64,000 nt of DNA from Octopus sinensis (Eukaryota). The notes under the pieces were generated by a model that searched no databases, was not told the origin of the DNA, and saw nothing but the letters and a program-made list of their open reading frames with translations. Shown here piece after piece: positions 30,352-43,106 of this stretch (within the stretch, counting starts at the first letter, position 1; each line of letters begins with the position of its first letter). The DNA lies in contig NC_043014.1 in the NCBI RefSeq assembly GCF_006345805.1, forward strand, positions 12,958,001 through 13,022,000. The letters are read 5' to 3'. The position numbers were made by a program, and so were the translations under genes.

Positions 30352-30638
30352 TTTTGTTCTTGAACAAAAACACTTCATTGTACATTTTTCCAGTCTCCTC
30401 AGCTGTAAATGAATGACTCTGCAACGGACTGGCGTCCTGTTCAGGAGAAATGTTGTGATCTTGGTCACTTATACACCAGGAAAGTGAGTAACTGACCTCA
30501 TGTGTCCCAGTACGACGGTAGTGTCTAGGGGTTGATAGTATAGGTTTGTTAGGTCTAGTCGATCTGTAGTGGATCTTGCATGCATGAAGTGGATTCGATC
30601 CACCATAGCCAAATTTAAATTAACACTTCAACAGAACT
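30352..30638 (-). repeat. Inverted duplicate of 29297-29545 and of part of the 349-bp unit
   Basis: gtgtcccagtacgacggtagtgtctagggg...cttgcatgcatgaagtggattcgatccaccatagcc is the reverse complement of the array sequence. Confidence 0.9.
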
Positions 30639-31451
30639 TGGGAACCACTAGGGAAAAAAATGGTAATGCTCCTCCAAGAGCATCTTTCGTCATGGATCTA
30701 GTCATTTAGACCCGACCGCAACAAAAAGAGTGGCAGAAACAACAACAACAGCGCTGTGGAGGTGCAATGGAACAGTAGTTAGGGTAGCGGACTCGCGGTC
30801 GTGAGAACGCGGTTTCGATTCCCAGACCGGGCATTGTGAGTGTTTATTGAACAAAACCACCTAAGCTACATGAGGCTCCGACAGCGAGGGGTGGTGAACC
30901 CCGCTGTACTCTTTCACCACAACTTTTTCTCACTCTTTCTTCCTACTTCTGCCACAAAGCAGAGGAACCATGGTGTAACCCACTATGGTGTGGTAAACTT
31001 TCAGACCCTAGTATAGATTGTGAATCCTCTGTACCCCAGGATGGTTCAGCTCTTCACCCGTTAAAAGCTACCGTTTACGGACTGAGGATAACAACGTAGC
31101 TTTCGCGCCCGTGCAACCGCCAGTCTATCTCGTGTGATGGGTGGATCTCCAAGTTGCCACCCGCATTCTTAGTAGCTTAGAGTAGGCTCGAATTAGAGAT
31201 TATTCTTTGTGGCTAATGGCGTGAGTCCTGATTGGAAGAAGAAGAAGAAGAAGAAGAACAGCGTTACAAATAAAAACAGCATGCACGCGGTCGAATTTTA
31301 AAGGGAGTTAATTGCAAATAGCAAATTGGTGTAATGGTTATCTCCCTTTAACCATAAATTAGTAATTGGAATTTTTTTACAGCAGAATCGTGAGGGCCGG
31401 ACAAAACGTCGATATGTACGCACGTCGTATATAGCCTTTACAGTTATGTGA

Positions 31452-31493
<42 letters not shown>

Positions 31494-32429
31494 ATCTGTC
31501 TATCTAAAAATATGTATCAAGCTAGTAACAGGTGCTGACATTTATCAAGTATTCACCCTGAATTTATTGTTTATCTAAAAAGATGGGTGAATGTAGCAAG
31601 GATGGCACATATGAATGACGGAGCCACCTTGAGCTTAATCCCATGAACCCGGAAAAAATTCATAGGCGCAGGAGTGGCTGTGTGGTAAGTAGCTTGCTTA
31701 CCAACCACATGGTTCCGGGTTCAGTCCCACTGCGTGGCACCTTGGGCAAGTGTCTTCTACTATAGCCTCGGGCCGACCAAAGCCTTGTGGGTGGATTTGG
31801 TAGACGGAAACTGAAAGAAGCCTGTCGTATATATGTATATATATATATATATGTGTGTGTGTTTGTGTGTCTGTGTTTGTCCCGCTAGCATTGCTTGACA
31901 ACCGATGCTGGTGTGTTTACGCCCCCGTAACTTAGCGGTTCGGCAAAAGAGACCGATAGAATAAGTACAAGGCTTACAACGAATAAGTCGGTGCTCCAGC
32001 ATGGACGCAGTCAAATGACTGAAACAAGTAAAAGAGTAAAAGAGAGAGTTACTTACTTGCAAATAAATGTGTTAATATGTGACATTATTGACCGAAGTTA
32101 CCGTGGTCTTTTCCTTAGGCTTTTCTTTTCACGGATAAACCTTATCTGCTTTCCTCTTTATACTTTACATCATGACATTTCTATGATACACGATCCCTAT
32201 TGGTCGTTTTTTTTAACGATCCCTTTTGATCGAAAACCTACCCCTACTTTCTTTTTCTCCCCAAAAAGAAAAGCTCTACTTAGTAATTTGTCCCGTCTGT
32301 GTTCAGCCTTGGGTGGCTAATAAAGAAACATATCCATCCATCCATCCTTCCTTTTTTTTTCTCCCTAAAAAGAAAAGCTCTACCTTGTAATTTGTCCCGT
32401 CTGTGTTCAGCCCTGTGTAGCTAATAAAG

Positions 32430-32434
32430 AATCG

Positions 32435-32499
<65 letters not shown>

Positions 32500-32600
32500 G
32501 TCTGTCTGTCTGTCTGTCTGTCTGCCTGCCTGCCTGCCTACCTGCCTTCCTGTCTGTCTGTCTGTCTGCCTGCCTGCCTGCCTGACTGCCTGCCTGCCTG
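32430..32600. repeat. Compound (TATC)n(TGTC)n(TGCC)n microsatellite
   Basis: Direct reading. Confidence 0.95.
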
Positions 32601-33043
32601 CAGACGTCAGGAAAGTCAGAAAAAGTGTTTTTGACAGACTGTCACGAACTCCATAACAGAGTTCAAATACGAACCAGACGAAAGAGTTACCTTTGAAGCA
32701 TACTACAGAAGGAAGATATGAGTAAATCGTCGATAAAGAATGTAAAGATTGGGACGACATAATAAAAAAAACGCGCGTAATCTTGAGAAAACTGGCGGCA
32801 ACAGAATATGAACGATACAGTAATTCTGTACTCCCAAGAAAACCTTCGGACATAAACTTTAATGACACAATAGATATAATGTGTAAAATTTTCAGTGAAA
32901 AAAGCTGATTGTTCAGTACACGTTGGAAGTGTCTGAACGTAGAGAAAAACAACGACGGTGACTACATCACATATGCTGGCAGAGTAAACAGGGAAGCGAG
33001 AAGTTTAAGCTGGGCGAATTAACGCCAGATATGTTCAAATGCC

Positions 33044-33617
33044 GTATCTTTTCCTTTTGAACGGCAGATGTCAACACAATTTCTAGTCAACTAAATACTT
33101 TTAAACTTCGTATACTGGTAGAATGTGTTTATAAAACATCATTTTCTCTTGGTTTTATTGAGAAAATTCTATAGTTTGTAAGATATTTCGTCTGAAAATC
33201 CGAGCATTTCGGCAATTTTAACCAATCGAATACCTCCATTCAACTAAAATCATTTGCTGCGTCTAAAACTGAGACAACATCCTGTAACTAACCTTAAACC
33301 TCCCCCTAACCCTAAACCTAACCCTAATTTTTTTTCTTAATTGTTAAATTAATTTAATTGTTACGCGTGTAAAAAAAACTAAAGCAATGGAATTAAATTA
33401 ATTTAACAATTAAGAAACAAAAATGATTTTAGCTTAAAAGAGAGCATAGGATTGGTTAAAATTCGAAAAATTAAACTACGTTAAACAAACAAATTACAAT
33501 TTTTTCAAGAAAGCCAAGAGAAAAAAAATGTTTTATTTTGACACATTCTATCAGTATACGAAGTTTTAAAGTGTTTAGTTAACTAGAAATTGTCTGCCGT
33601 TCAAAAGGAAAAGATCC
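33044..33617. mobile_element. Merlin-like MITE inserted in gypsy gag
   Basis: 24-bp TIR g(t/g)atcttttccttttgaacggcag; 8-bp TSD caaatgcc at 33036-33043 and 33618-33625. Confidence 0.88.
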
Positions 33618-34618
33618 CAAATGCCTGATTTTTATACAGGGACTTACTGTCGAAAAGGACGCAGAGGTTAGAACTAGAATTCTCGCAAAGCTGGAACAAA
33701 ACCAGGATGTAACCCTAGAGCAAGAGTTAAAAGGATGTGAAAGGATAGTCAAATTAAGACATGACACGGAGCATGTTGAACGTAAAGATTGTTTCCAAGC
33801 AAAGCAAGTGCGAAATAATCAGAATAGAGATAAAGTATTTTCTAAAAAGTGGAGGTGCAATGGCCCAGTGGTTAAGGGAGCGGACTCGCGGTTTCGATTC
33901 TCAGACTAGGCGTTGTGTTTATTGAGCGAAAACACCTAAAAGCTCCACGAGTCTCCGGCAGGGGGTGGTGGCGACCCCTGTTGTACTCTTTCGCTCCAAC
34001 TTTCTCTCTCTTCCTGTTTCTTGAGTAACGCTGCGTTGGACTGGCGTCCCGTCCAGCTGGGGGGAACACATACGCCACATAAACCGGGAAACCGCGCCCA
34101 TGAGCCTGGCTAGGCTTGAAAAGAACAACGTTTATCTTCTAAAAAACCCCAACAAAAATCACCTGACAAAAAATTGTCCATTTAAAAAAGCGGAGTGCTT
34201 TCGTTGTGATAATATCGGACATATAAATATATTTCTTTACTACCCACAAGGGGCTAAACACAAAGGGATTAAGTCGATTACATCGACCCAGTGCGTAACT
34301 GGTACTTAATTTATCTTTGATAAACTGCAACCTGGCAAAAAAAGAAAATGTGCCAGGGAAGACATAGCAAGATTCTTTAAATGGTGAAAAGGTGTACATG
34401 AGGGCATACAAAAATGGAAAGCAGAGTTGGGAAGATGGCGTAATTACCAAATGCATAAGTAAAATGATGTATTGGGTAAAAAGTAGAAAAGGCATACAAA
34501 CGAGACACGAGACACAGGAACCAACTGAAAAAGAGATTCGTGGAAAGCGAACCATTGGAGTTGGAGGAACCAATGGAATGGTTGTACGATACGTTGGAAG
34601 TACCAACCCCACATGTGA

Positions 34619-34940
34619 AGGCGCGTGGCTTAGTGGTTACGGCATTCGACTCACGATTGTAAGGTCGTGAGTTCGATTCCCGGCGACGCGTTGTGTCTTT
34701 GAGCAAGACACTTTATTTCACGTTGCTCCAGTCCACTCAGCTGGCAAAAATGAGTTGTACTTGTATTTCAAAGGGCCGGCCTTGTCACACTCTGTATCAC
34801 GCTGAATCTCCCTGAGAACTACGTTAGGGGTACGCGTGTCTGTGGAGTGCTCAATCATTTGCGCGTTAATTTCACGAGCAGGCTGTTCCGTTGATCGTAT
34901 CAACTGGGGCCCTCGTCGTCGTAACCGACGGAGTGTTCCT
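34619..34940 (+). mobile_element. tRNA-derived SINE family D with 13-bp TSD
   Basis: Head ggcgcgtggcttagtggtt...gagttcgattccc; TSD taccaac(c/g)ccaca at 34601-34613 and 34942-34954. Confidence 0.85.
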
Positions 34941-35119
34941 ATACCAACGCCACAGCAGGTGATTGAACTGAGGCGTACAAGTTAGAGGAAAAGAAAACAT
35001 ACAGAATTCCTGAAAATAGATGCCAAACGCAAGAAATATTAAATTGTATGAAAGAAAAACCCTCAAAAAAAGGGAGGTGGGGGTGAATAAGAAAATTATT
35101 GGCAGTCACGACAATTGCT

Positions 35120-35950
35120 CACCTCACAACCCGAGCGAGGGCAAACCCCAAGCTGAGGCTAAATATCAAGATGGCAGTGTATAACGCCTGTGTCATCGAG
35201 CCGGAGAGGTAGTCTAACGACTCCCGTCTGAGAAGCCTACGCTTACATCCTGGGTATATCCTGGCAACACAGAGTGTCTAACGTTCAGGTCCCGAATCAT
35301 GCACGCCTTCTCAGCATACTCTTTTACTCTTTTACTTGTTTCAGTCATTTGACTGTGGCCATGCTGGAGCACCGCCTTTAGTCGAACAAATCGACCCCAG
35401 GACTTATTCTTATTTGTAAGCCTAGTACTTATTCTATCGGTCTCTTTTGCCGAACCGCTAAGTTACGGGGACGTAAACACACCAGCATCGGTTGTCAAGC
35501 GATGTTGGGGGGACTAACACAGACACACAAACACACACACACATACACACACACACACACACGCACACACACACACACACACATATATACATATATACGA
35601 CGGGCTTCTTTCAGTTTCCGTCTACCAGATCCACTCACAAAGCTTTGGTCGGCCCGAAGCTATAGCAGAAGACACTTGCCCAAGGTGCCACGCAGTGGGA
35701 CTGAACCCGGAACCACGTGGTTCGTAAGCAAGCTACTTACCACACAGCCACTCCTACACCTATGTTCACTCTGCTTCGACAACGCAGACTGCACTGGCTA
35801 GGACACGTCCACCGCATGACGGATGTCCGCATCTTAAAAGACATTCTCTATGAGGAGCTGACATCTGGAACAAGAGTCACCGGTCGATCTCGACTGCGAT
35901 ACAGGGATATTGTGGAAAGAGATTTGAAGACCCTTGTCATCAACGGGTGA
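35120..35950 (+). mobile_element. Old RTE LINE fragment interrupted by a family A SINE
   Basis: KMAVYNACVI...; MFTLLRQRRLHWLGHVHRM..RILKDILY.EL..G.R..GR.RLRYRD. Confidence 0.75.
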
Positions 35951-35957
35951 AATTCTT

Positions 35958-36315
35958 AGCGGTATTTCGTCTGCCGCTACGTTCTGAGTTCAAATTCCGC
36001 CGAAGTCAACTTTGCCTTTCATCCTTTCGGGGTCGATTAGATAAGTACCAGTTACGCACTGGGGTCGATATAATCGATTTAATCCGTTTGTCTGTCCTTG
36101 TTTGTCCCCTCTGTGTTTAGCCCCTTGTGGGTTGTAAAGAAATAGGTATTTTGTCTGCCGTTACGTTCTGAGTTCAAATTCCGCCGAGGTCGACTTTGCC
36201 TTTCATCCTTTCGGGTTGATAAATTAAGTACCAGCTACGCACTGAGGTCGATGTAATCGACTTCATGTCCTTGTTTGTCCCCTCTATGTTTAGCCCCTTG
36301 TGGGCAATAAAGAAA
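35958..36315 (+). mobile_element. Nin/Deu-domain SINE, two tandem bodies
   Basis: Same body as the 21287 copy; another two-body copy at about 37066-37400 and minus copies at about 42890-43045. Confidence 0.8.
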
Positions 36316-38017
36316 TAAGAAGCTTACTTCCCAACCGCATGGTCCTGGGCTCAGTCACACTGTGTGACCCCTTGGGATAGTGTGGTCTACTATAACTTGG
36401 GTCCGACCAAAGCCTTGTGAGTAGATTTGGTAGACGGAAACTGAAAGAAGCCCGTCGTATGTATATATTCATGTTTCTGTGTTTGTTCCTCCACTATCGC
36501 AAGACAACCCATGTCGGTGTGTTCACATCCACGTAAATTAGCAGTTCGGCTAAAGAGACTGATATAATAATTATTAGGCCGACAAAGAACAAGTTCTGGG
36601 GTCAATTTCTTAAAGGGTGTTCCAGCACCTTAAAGGGTGCTGGAGCACCCTTTAAGGCGGTGCTCCAGCATGGCCGCAGTCAAATGACTGAAAACAAGTA
36701 AAAGAATTACGGAGATGTACTTGCATAGCAAGTGACCTAATCTGAGATCGTGTACTGAAACAAAAACAATTGCAAAGTAGAAGGTGTTTATAAGCCATTT
36801 AAAACACACACAAAAATCGTTAGATTCACTTCAACATTTAAATTTGTCAAAATATTTTCGTCGCTTTGAGACCGCGACCTGCTCACTGACAAAATTCCGT
36901 GATGCAGTACGTGGTTTTTGCGTGTTTATAAATGGCTTATAAACACCTTTCAAGTGAAAGAATATTCAATTATAAAAGGGTACTATTTCGGTTGTGTAAA
37001 CTGCCATGCCGTATTTATTCCGTTTTGTTACATTCTAAGTTCGGCTTTTAATTCTTTTAAGACTTGCAGAGTCGTTAGCATGCCGGGCAAAATGCTTAGC
37101 GGTATTTCGTCTGCGTTACGTTGTGAGTTCAAAGACTTTGCCTTTCATCCTTCCGGGGTCGATAAATTAAGTACCAGTTACGCACTGGGGTCGATGTAAT
37201 CGACTTAATACCTATGTCTGTCCTTGTTTGTCCCCTCTGTGTTTAGCCCCTTGTGGGTAATAAAGAAATAGGTATTTCGTCTGTCTTTACGTTCTGAGTT
37301 CAAATGCCACCCAGGTCATTTTTGCTTTTCATCTTTTCGGAGTCGATAAAATAAGTACCAGCTGAACACTGTGGTCGATGTGGTCGACTTACCTCTTTTC
37401 CCGAAATCACTATCCTTGTGCGAAAATTTGAAACCAATATTTAATTATAAGCATATAATATGAATTTATGGAGGCACATCGCCTAGTGGTTAGAGCTCGG
37501 ATTCGCGGTCGAAGGATCGCGGTTTCGAATCTCAGACCGGGTGATGTGTGTGTTTATGAGCGAAACATCTAAGTTCCCTGCGGCTCCGGCAGAAGGTAAT
37601 GGTGAACTTCTGCTGACTCTTTCGCCACAACTTTCTCTCGCTCTTTCCTACGGCATCTTGCAGCTCACCTGCGACGGACTGGCGTCCCGTCAAGGTGGGG
37701 AACCTATACGCCAAGGAAACCAGGAAACCGGCCCTATGAGCCAAACGTGGCTCGTGAAGGAACAAACAAACAACAACAATATGAATTCAGGAAAACATCG
37801 AATGGCCATCCATCCGAATAATATAGAAATAAAAGGGGTCCCAAAATGAAAAAAAAAATGGTGTAGAAACACTGACCTAAATAAAAAGTTTATCTGTTTT
37901 CCCTTCTCTTGTGTTTTGGCAACCACCACCGTGACCCCGTCTGTATAACGATGATTATTGCTGACATCCAAAAGTTTTGAAGAGAAGAGGAGAAAAAGCG
38001 AAGGATTCTAACAAATT

Positions 38018-38028
38018 ATGTCTTATAG
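38018..38028 (+). CDS. Candidate first coding micro-exon (MSY-) of the coiled-coil gene
   Basis: aaattATGTCTTATAG|gtaatc within non-repetitive sequence, followed by a long pyrimidine-rich stretch. It cannot be linked across the gap. Confidence 0.25.
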
Positions 38029-38662
38029 GTAATCAGTAGCGACTTCAACAGCTTGGCACGGCTTAATTGGTCAACTTTCCGCCTTCTTTCAGTTTTTCTT
38101 TTCTTTACACCTCTTTGGTTTTTTTTTTTTTTTTTTTTTTTGGTTTTTAAATGCTGCTTTCGAATCCATCTAAGCCAGCGAGAAACAATCTCTGTTTTCT
38201 CCTTTTAATCTGACCCTTGCCCTAACACAAACGTTCTGCCTTCGTTGTTCAATTTGCTGTATATATTTTTTCCCATTAACGGTCTTCAGTCATCAATCAT
38301 CTCTTATCATGTTCCGCTCTTTCTCTGCTCAAGAAACTTCACACCTTAATCACTCGTAACCCTCTTTAGACTTGGTTTTCTTTCTTTCTTTCGTTCTTCG
38401 AATAATCTCCTACAATTATTCTCCCGTTGTGTTTTTACTGTATATTAATTGATGTTGTGTTTGCAAATACTATACATGTTGTCTTTTACTTGTTCCAGTC
38501 ATGGCCATGCTGGGGCACCGCGCAGTGACGAGTTTAGTCGAACAAAGTAAACTCCAGGAATGCTTTTCTTTTGCTCTTTTTAAAGTCTGGTTACATCTAT
38601 CGGTCTCTCTTACTGAAGAGCGAGGTTACGGTGACACAAACAAACCAAGGCCGGTTGGGAAG

Positions 38663-38911
38663 CGGTGATGGTTACAAACACACACACACACACACACCAC
38701 ACGCTGTGTCCACCAAATACATTTATAAGGCATGGATCGACCCGGGCCCACGGTAATGGTTACAAACACACACACCACACGCTGTGTCCACTAAATACAT
38801 TTACAAGGCATGGATCGACCCGGGCCCACGGTGATGGTTACAAACACACACACACACCACACGCTGTGTCCACCAAATACATTTACAAGGCATGGATCGA
38901 CCCGGGCCCAC
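38663..38911. repeat. ~83-bp tandem repeat x3 inside a degenerate minus-strand SINE
   Basis: cggtgatggttacaaacac...gcatggatcgacccgggccca repeated three times. Confidence 0.85.
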
Positions 38912-39547
38912 GGGGTCAAGGTGCCACGTAGTGACATTAAATCCCAAACCACTTCGTTGCAAATGGACCTACTTAATCATACTGCCGAATATCTCTGACT
39001 GAGTGTTAGGTTTCAACTAGAAACTTCTTTCAGGTACCGAACTTTTTATCTGAAAGAATTGAATTCCTCATTTGAATCGAATCTGCGTGTGTTGTAGGCG
39101 CAGGCGTGGCTGTGTGGTAAGAAGTTTGCTTCCCAGCCCCATAGTTCCAGGTTCAGTCCCACTGCGTGACACATTAGACTGGTGTCTTCTACTACAACCT
39201 CGGGTAGACCAAAGCCTTATGAGTAGATTTGGTAGACGGAAACCGAAAGAAGTCCGTCATATATATATATCACCGTGATCACCGTGACCGACCAGGCTAT
39301 CAGATGTTGCTACACCTGCGTTTCGCATAGTTTTAGGCTTTAAATGACGCCACCCCGCTGGCTAAGCGAGCAGGCCAACAGAAGAAAGAGTGAGAGAAAG
39401 TTGCGGCGAAAGAGTACAGCAGGGATTGCCACCATCCCCTGCCGGAGCCTCGTGAAGCTTTAGGTGTTTTCGCTCAATAAACACTCACAATGCCTAGTCT
39501 AGGAATCGAAACCGTGAGTCCGCTGCCCTAACCACTGGGCCATTGCG

Positions 39548-39598
<51 letters not shown>

Positions 39599-39939
39599 GT
39601 ACAAAGTGAGATAGGGGTTATGAGGGTAACCCACTATGGGATATCAGTTATCCAATATACTGTTGGTGAAGCATCCAAATGCCAAATACATAAATGCTTA
39701 TAATTGCAATGCAATTAATTCATTTATTGTATCGGATGAGCGAAGGTAAAATATTTTACCGTAAATTCATAATACAAATAAGAAAATGGAGGAACAAATT
39801 CATTTCAATCATCAACTTACAGATATTACCATTTCATATTTTAGTTAATTCAATGGGGAAAATTGATTTGTAAAACGAGTAAATCGTAAGACGAGCTCGG
39901 TCATGGAACGAATTAAACTCGTAGTGCGAGGTATCACTG

Positions 39940-40009
<70 letters not shown>

Positions 40010-40417
40010 TATAATATATATATATATTATATATATATATATATTTAAATATATATATCTACACACACATATAACCAGCCGAATTGCAAAGATAATGTGG
40101 AACTCGACTGAGGAAAGAAAACTCCGAATGACCCATCCTTGTTTTCTTTGTATCGTCTGTCTGGATGTGTTGCGTTCTTGTCCCATTTTTGTATATATAT
40201 ATATGTGATCTCTTAAGCACCACCAGCTCAAATATTTTCTCCTCTGTCTTCCCTCCTTGGGACCTTTCCTTCTCCTTGTTTCCGACGAAGAGCTCCGCTC
40301 GAAACGTTAAACCCTCCTTCCCTTATTTCCTGAGCGTCAATAATACTTTAATTGTTCCACGTCCTGCGTTGCTGTGTTTTTTTTTCTCTTTTTTTTTCTG
40401 TGTTTTCTTGTTTGGAT

Positions 40418-40457
<40 letters not shown>

Positions 40458-40458
<1 letters not shown>

Positions 40459-40567
40459 CTACAGCGGTACATATTCTACATTGGAACGATACTGAGAAGA
40501 TTAGCATGGCCCCTGCGCAAGGATGACACGCAAATTCAAATTCATGATGCGTTCCATATCTTCTTTT
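40458..40567 (+). pseudogene. U6: U6 snRNA-derived copy 1
   Basis: TTGGAACGATACTGAGAAGATTAGCATGGCCCCTGCGCAAGGATGACACGCAAATT...GCGTTCCATAT. The first ~6 nt are missing, the ACAGAGA box is mutated and there is a short internal duplication. Confidence 0.93.
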
Positions 40568-40743
40568 AGGCGCAGTAGTCGCTGTGTGATAAGTATCTTG
40601 CTTACGAACCACATGGTTCCGGGTTCATTCCCACTGCGTAGCACCCTGAGCAAGTGTCTTCTACTATAGCCTCGGGCCAACAAAGCCTTGTGAGTGAATT
40701 TGGTAGACAGAAACTGAAAGAAGCCCGTCGTATATATGACACA

Positions 40744-40803
<60 letters not shown>

Positions 40804-41959
40804 ACACACACACACACATATATATATGTCAAGGTGGTCATATATACAGTATATATATATTTATATACGGGGACGTAAACACACCAGCATCGGTTGTCAA
40901 GCGATGTTGGGGGGACAAACACAGACACACAAACTACACACACACACACACACACACACACCACACAAACACACCAACTATATATATATATATATATGGT
41001 GGTGTGTGGTGTGGTGTATGTTGTGTGTGTCTGTTTGTCCCCCAACATCGCTTGACAACCACCGATGCTGGTGTGTTTACGTCCCCGTAACTTCGCGCGG
41101 TCGGCAAAAGACACCGATAGAATAAGTACTAGGCTTACAAAGAATAAGTTCTGGAGTCGATTTGCTCGACTAATGGTGGTGCTCCAGCATGGCCGCAGTC
41201 AAATGACTGAGACAAGTAAAAGAGTAAAGAGTATATGCGTCTTGATGTCTGTGTTTGTCCCCACCACTGCTTGACAGCCGGTATTGGTCTGTTTACATCC
41301 TCATAGCTTAGCAGTTCCGTAAAAGAGAACGATAGAATAAGTACCTTGCTAAAAAAAAATACTGGAGTCGATTTATTCACCTAAAAAATTTTCTAGGCGC
41401 TCCAGCATGGCCGTTGTCCAATGACTGAAGCAAACCTATGGTTCCAACCGTGGCCATACCATCTTTTGAAAGAAGTACCTAAGATTCTATTACTTAACGT
41501 TTTACTTAAGGTGACAGTATGTGAATTAATATAAGACATAGCTTCTATTTCTAGCAAGTTCGAACGACTTGGCGGGGCGGTCTGGGCTTTCATTCTCGCC
41601 CAAGTTCTTTCCAACATGTAATTTAGATTTTCGATAGCAGACCGCAACTGCAACAACAAGACCCTACCAAATGCCAATGTCCATTTTAATGGCAATGTCA
41701 GGGGTGTACATTCAATATCTTGTAAGTCCCAAGTGACAAATTATCCATCATATGCTTGGCAGAAGACCATCTGTCAAAGCTATCTCTCTCGCTCACCTCT
41801 CTCTCTCTCTCACTCTCTCTCGCCCACCTCTCTCTCTCTCTCTCTCTCTTTTTACACACACACAGACACCTTGGCAACTCTTCCAGTATAAAATAAAATA
41901 ATTAATATAAATAAAATATTCTAAAAGTTCTTGATTGGCACGTAAAAAGAATTAACTGG

Positions 41960-42058
41960 AAGGAGTCTTTTTTCTTCTTCTTTTCTTCTTCTTCTTCTTC
42001 TCCTTCTTCTACTTCTACTTCTACTACTACTTCTTCGTTGTTGTTGTTGTTGTTATTG

Positions 42059-42091
<33 letters not shown>

Positions 42092-42274
42092 CACCATTAC
42101 TACTACTACTACTACTACCACCACCACCACCACCACCATTACTACTACTACTACTACTACTACTAAAACCACCACCACCACCACCACCACCACCACCACC
42201 ACCACCATTACTACTACTACTACTACTACTACTACTAAAACCACCACCACCACCACCACCACCACCACCACCAT

Positions 42275-42315
<41 letters not shown>
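41960..42315. repeat. Compound trinucleotide array (CTT)n(CTA)n(GTT)n(CCA)n
   Basis: Direct reading; the (CTA)n/(CCA)n blocks alternate. Confidence 0.95.
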
Positions 42316-43106
42316 GAAGACTGATGTGGGTGCTGTATTCGAGAAAATAATCTCGGATGAACCCTTGCCTGTTTCACAGTGAACGTACCGGCCGCCTCGG
42401 ACACTCGGCGAAGAGAACCCTCGGAGGAACCGTGCGGGCCGAAACGACCGGGAGGTGGACGCGCTACATGCATTCCAGAACTTGGCCGGTTACTTCATTT
42501 TATCGACCCCGGGGGAATGACAGACAAAGTTGATCTCGCCCATAGTTAAACTCAGGCGAAAACCCTCCGGCGGAATGCAACATAGAAACGAAACCTTTTT
42601 GTCGCAAACAACCAAGATTCCTGTGAACCATGTTATCCGTTTCAGCTTTGGTTCAAGTACCATGAAGAATTCGTGGGTGGTCTTGCTCAATTATCGAGCT
42701 CAACAGATTTACTGTACCCACGGCATGGAAATAAGACGCACAGACAAAATTCTCGTCAACAATAAATGACCAAGAACTTCGAAAAAGCGTCCTTCTTCAA
42801 CCTAACGATATTGAAGTAAATAACCTTAACATCAGAAAGGGCTATTATCTAATATTGACATCAAATCTTGACACAGGCTAGCAATTTCGAGGAATGGGCA
42901 AGTCGATAACATCGACCCCCCCAGTGTCCAACTAATACTTATTTTATCGACCCCGAAAGGATGAAAGGCAAAGTCAACCTTGGCAGAATTTGAACTCAGA
43001 ACGTGCAGACGGGCGAAATGCAACTAAGCATTTTGCCTTGAGCTGTTATATAATGTCAATAGATTAGTATTATATATCAATGACAAAGACCCCAAAGGTG
43101 CTGTTG

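Larger units (their letters stand above)
32610..35083 (+). mobile_element. Degenerate Ty3/Gypsy internal region: gag, zinc knuckle, pol C-terminus and PPT, split by later insertions
   Basis: FKYEPDERVTFEAYY; ILRKLAATEYERY; YAGRVNRE; KCLIFIQGL...RTRILAKLE; CPFKKAECFRCDNIGH; GEKVYMRAYK..WEDGVI; LRR...KRKKY*, then aaaaaagggaggtggggg|TG. Confidence 0.8.

Noticed and set aside
34619-34700. tRNA gene
   Set aside because: The tRNA-like head lacks a proper acceptor stem and continues into a SINE body with a TSD. The same holds for the other SINE heads.
42395-42455. Hammerhead-like gcgaagag...ccgaaacg
   Set aside because: The CUGANGA core is not matched and I could not assign stems.
42027-42473. Poly-Ser/Gly and poly-Val ORFs
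   Set aside because: They are reading frames through a trinucleotide microsatellite.
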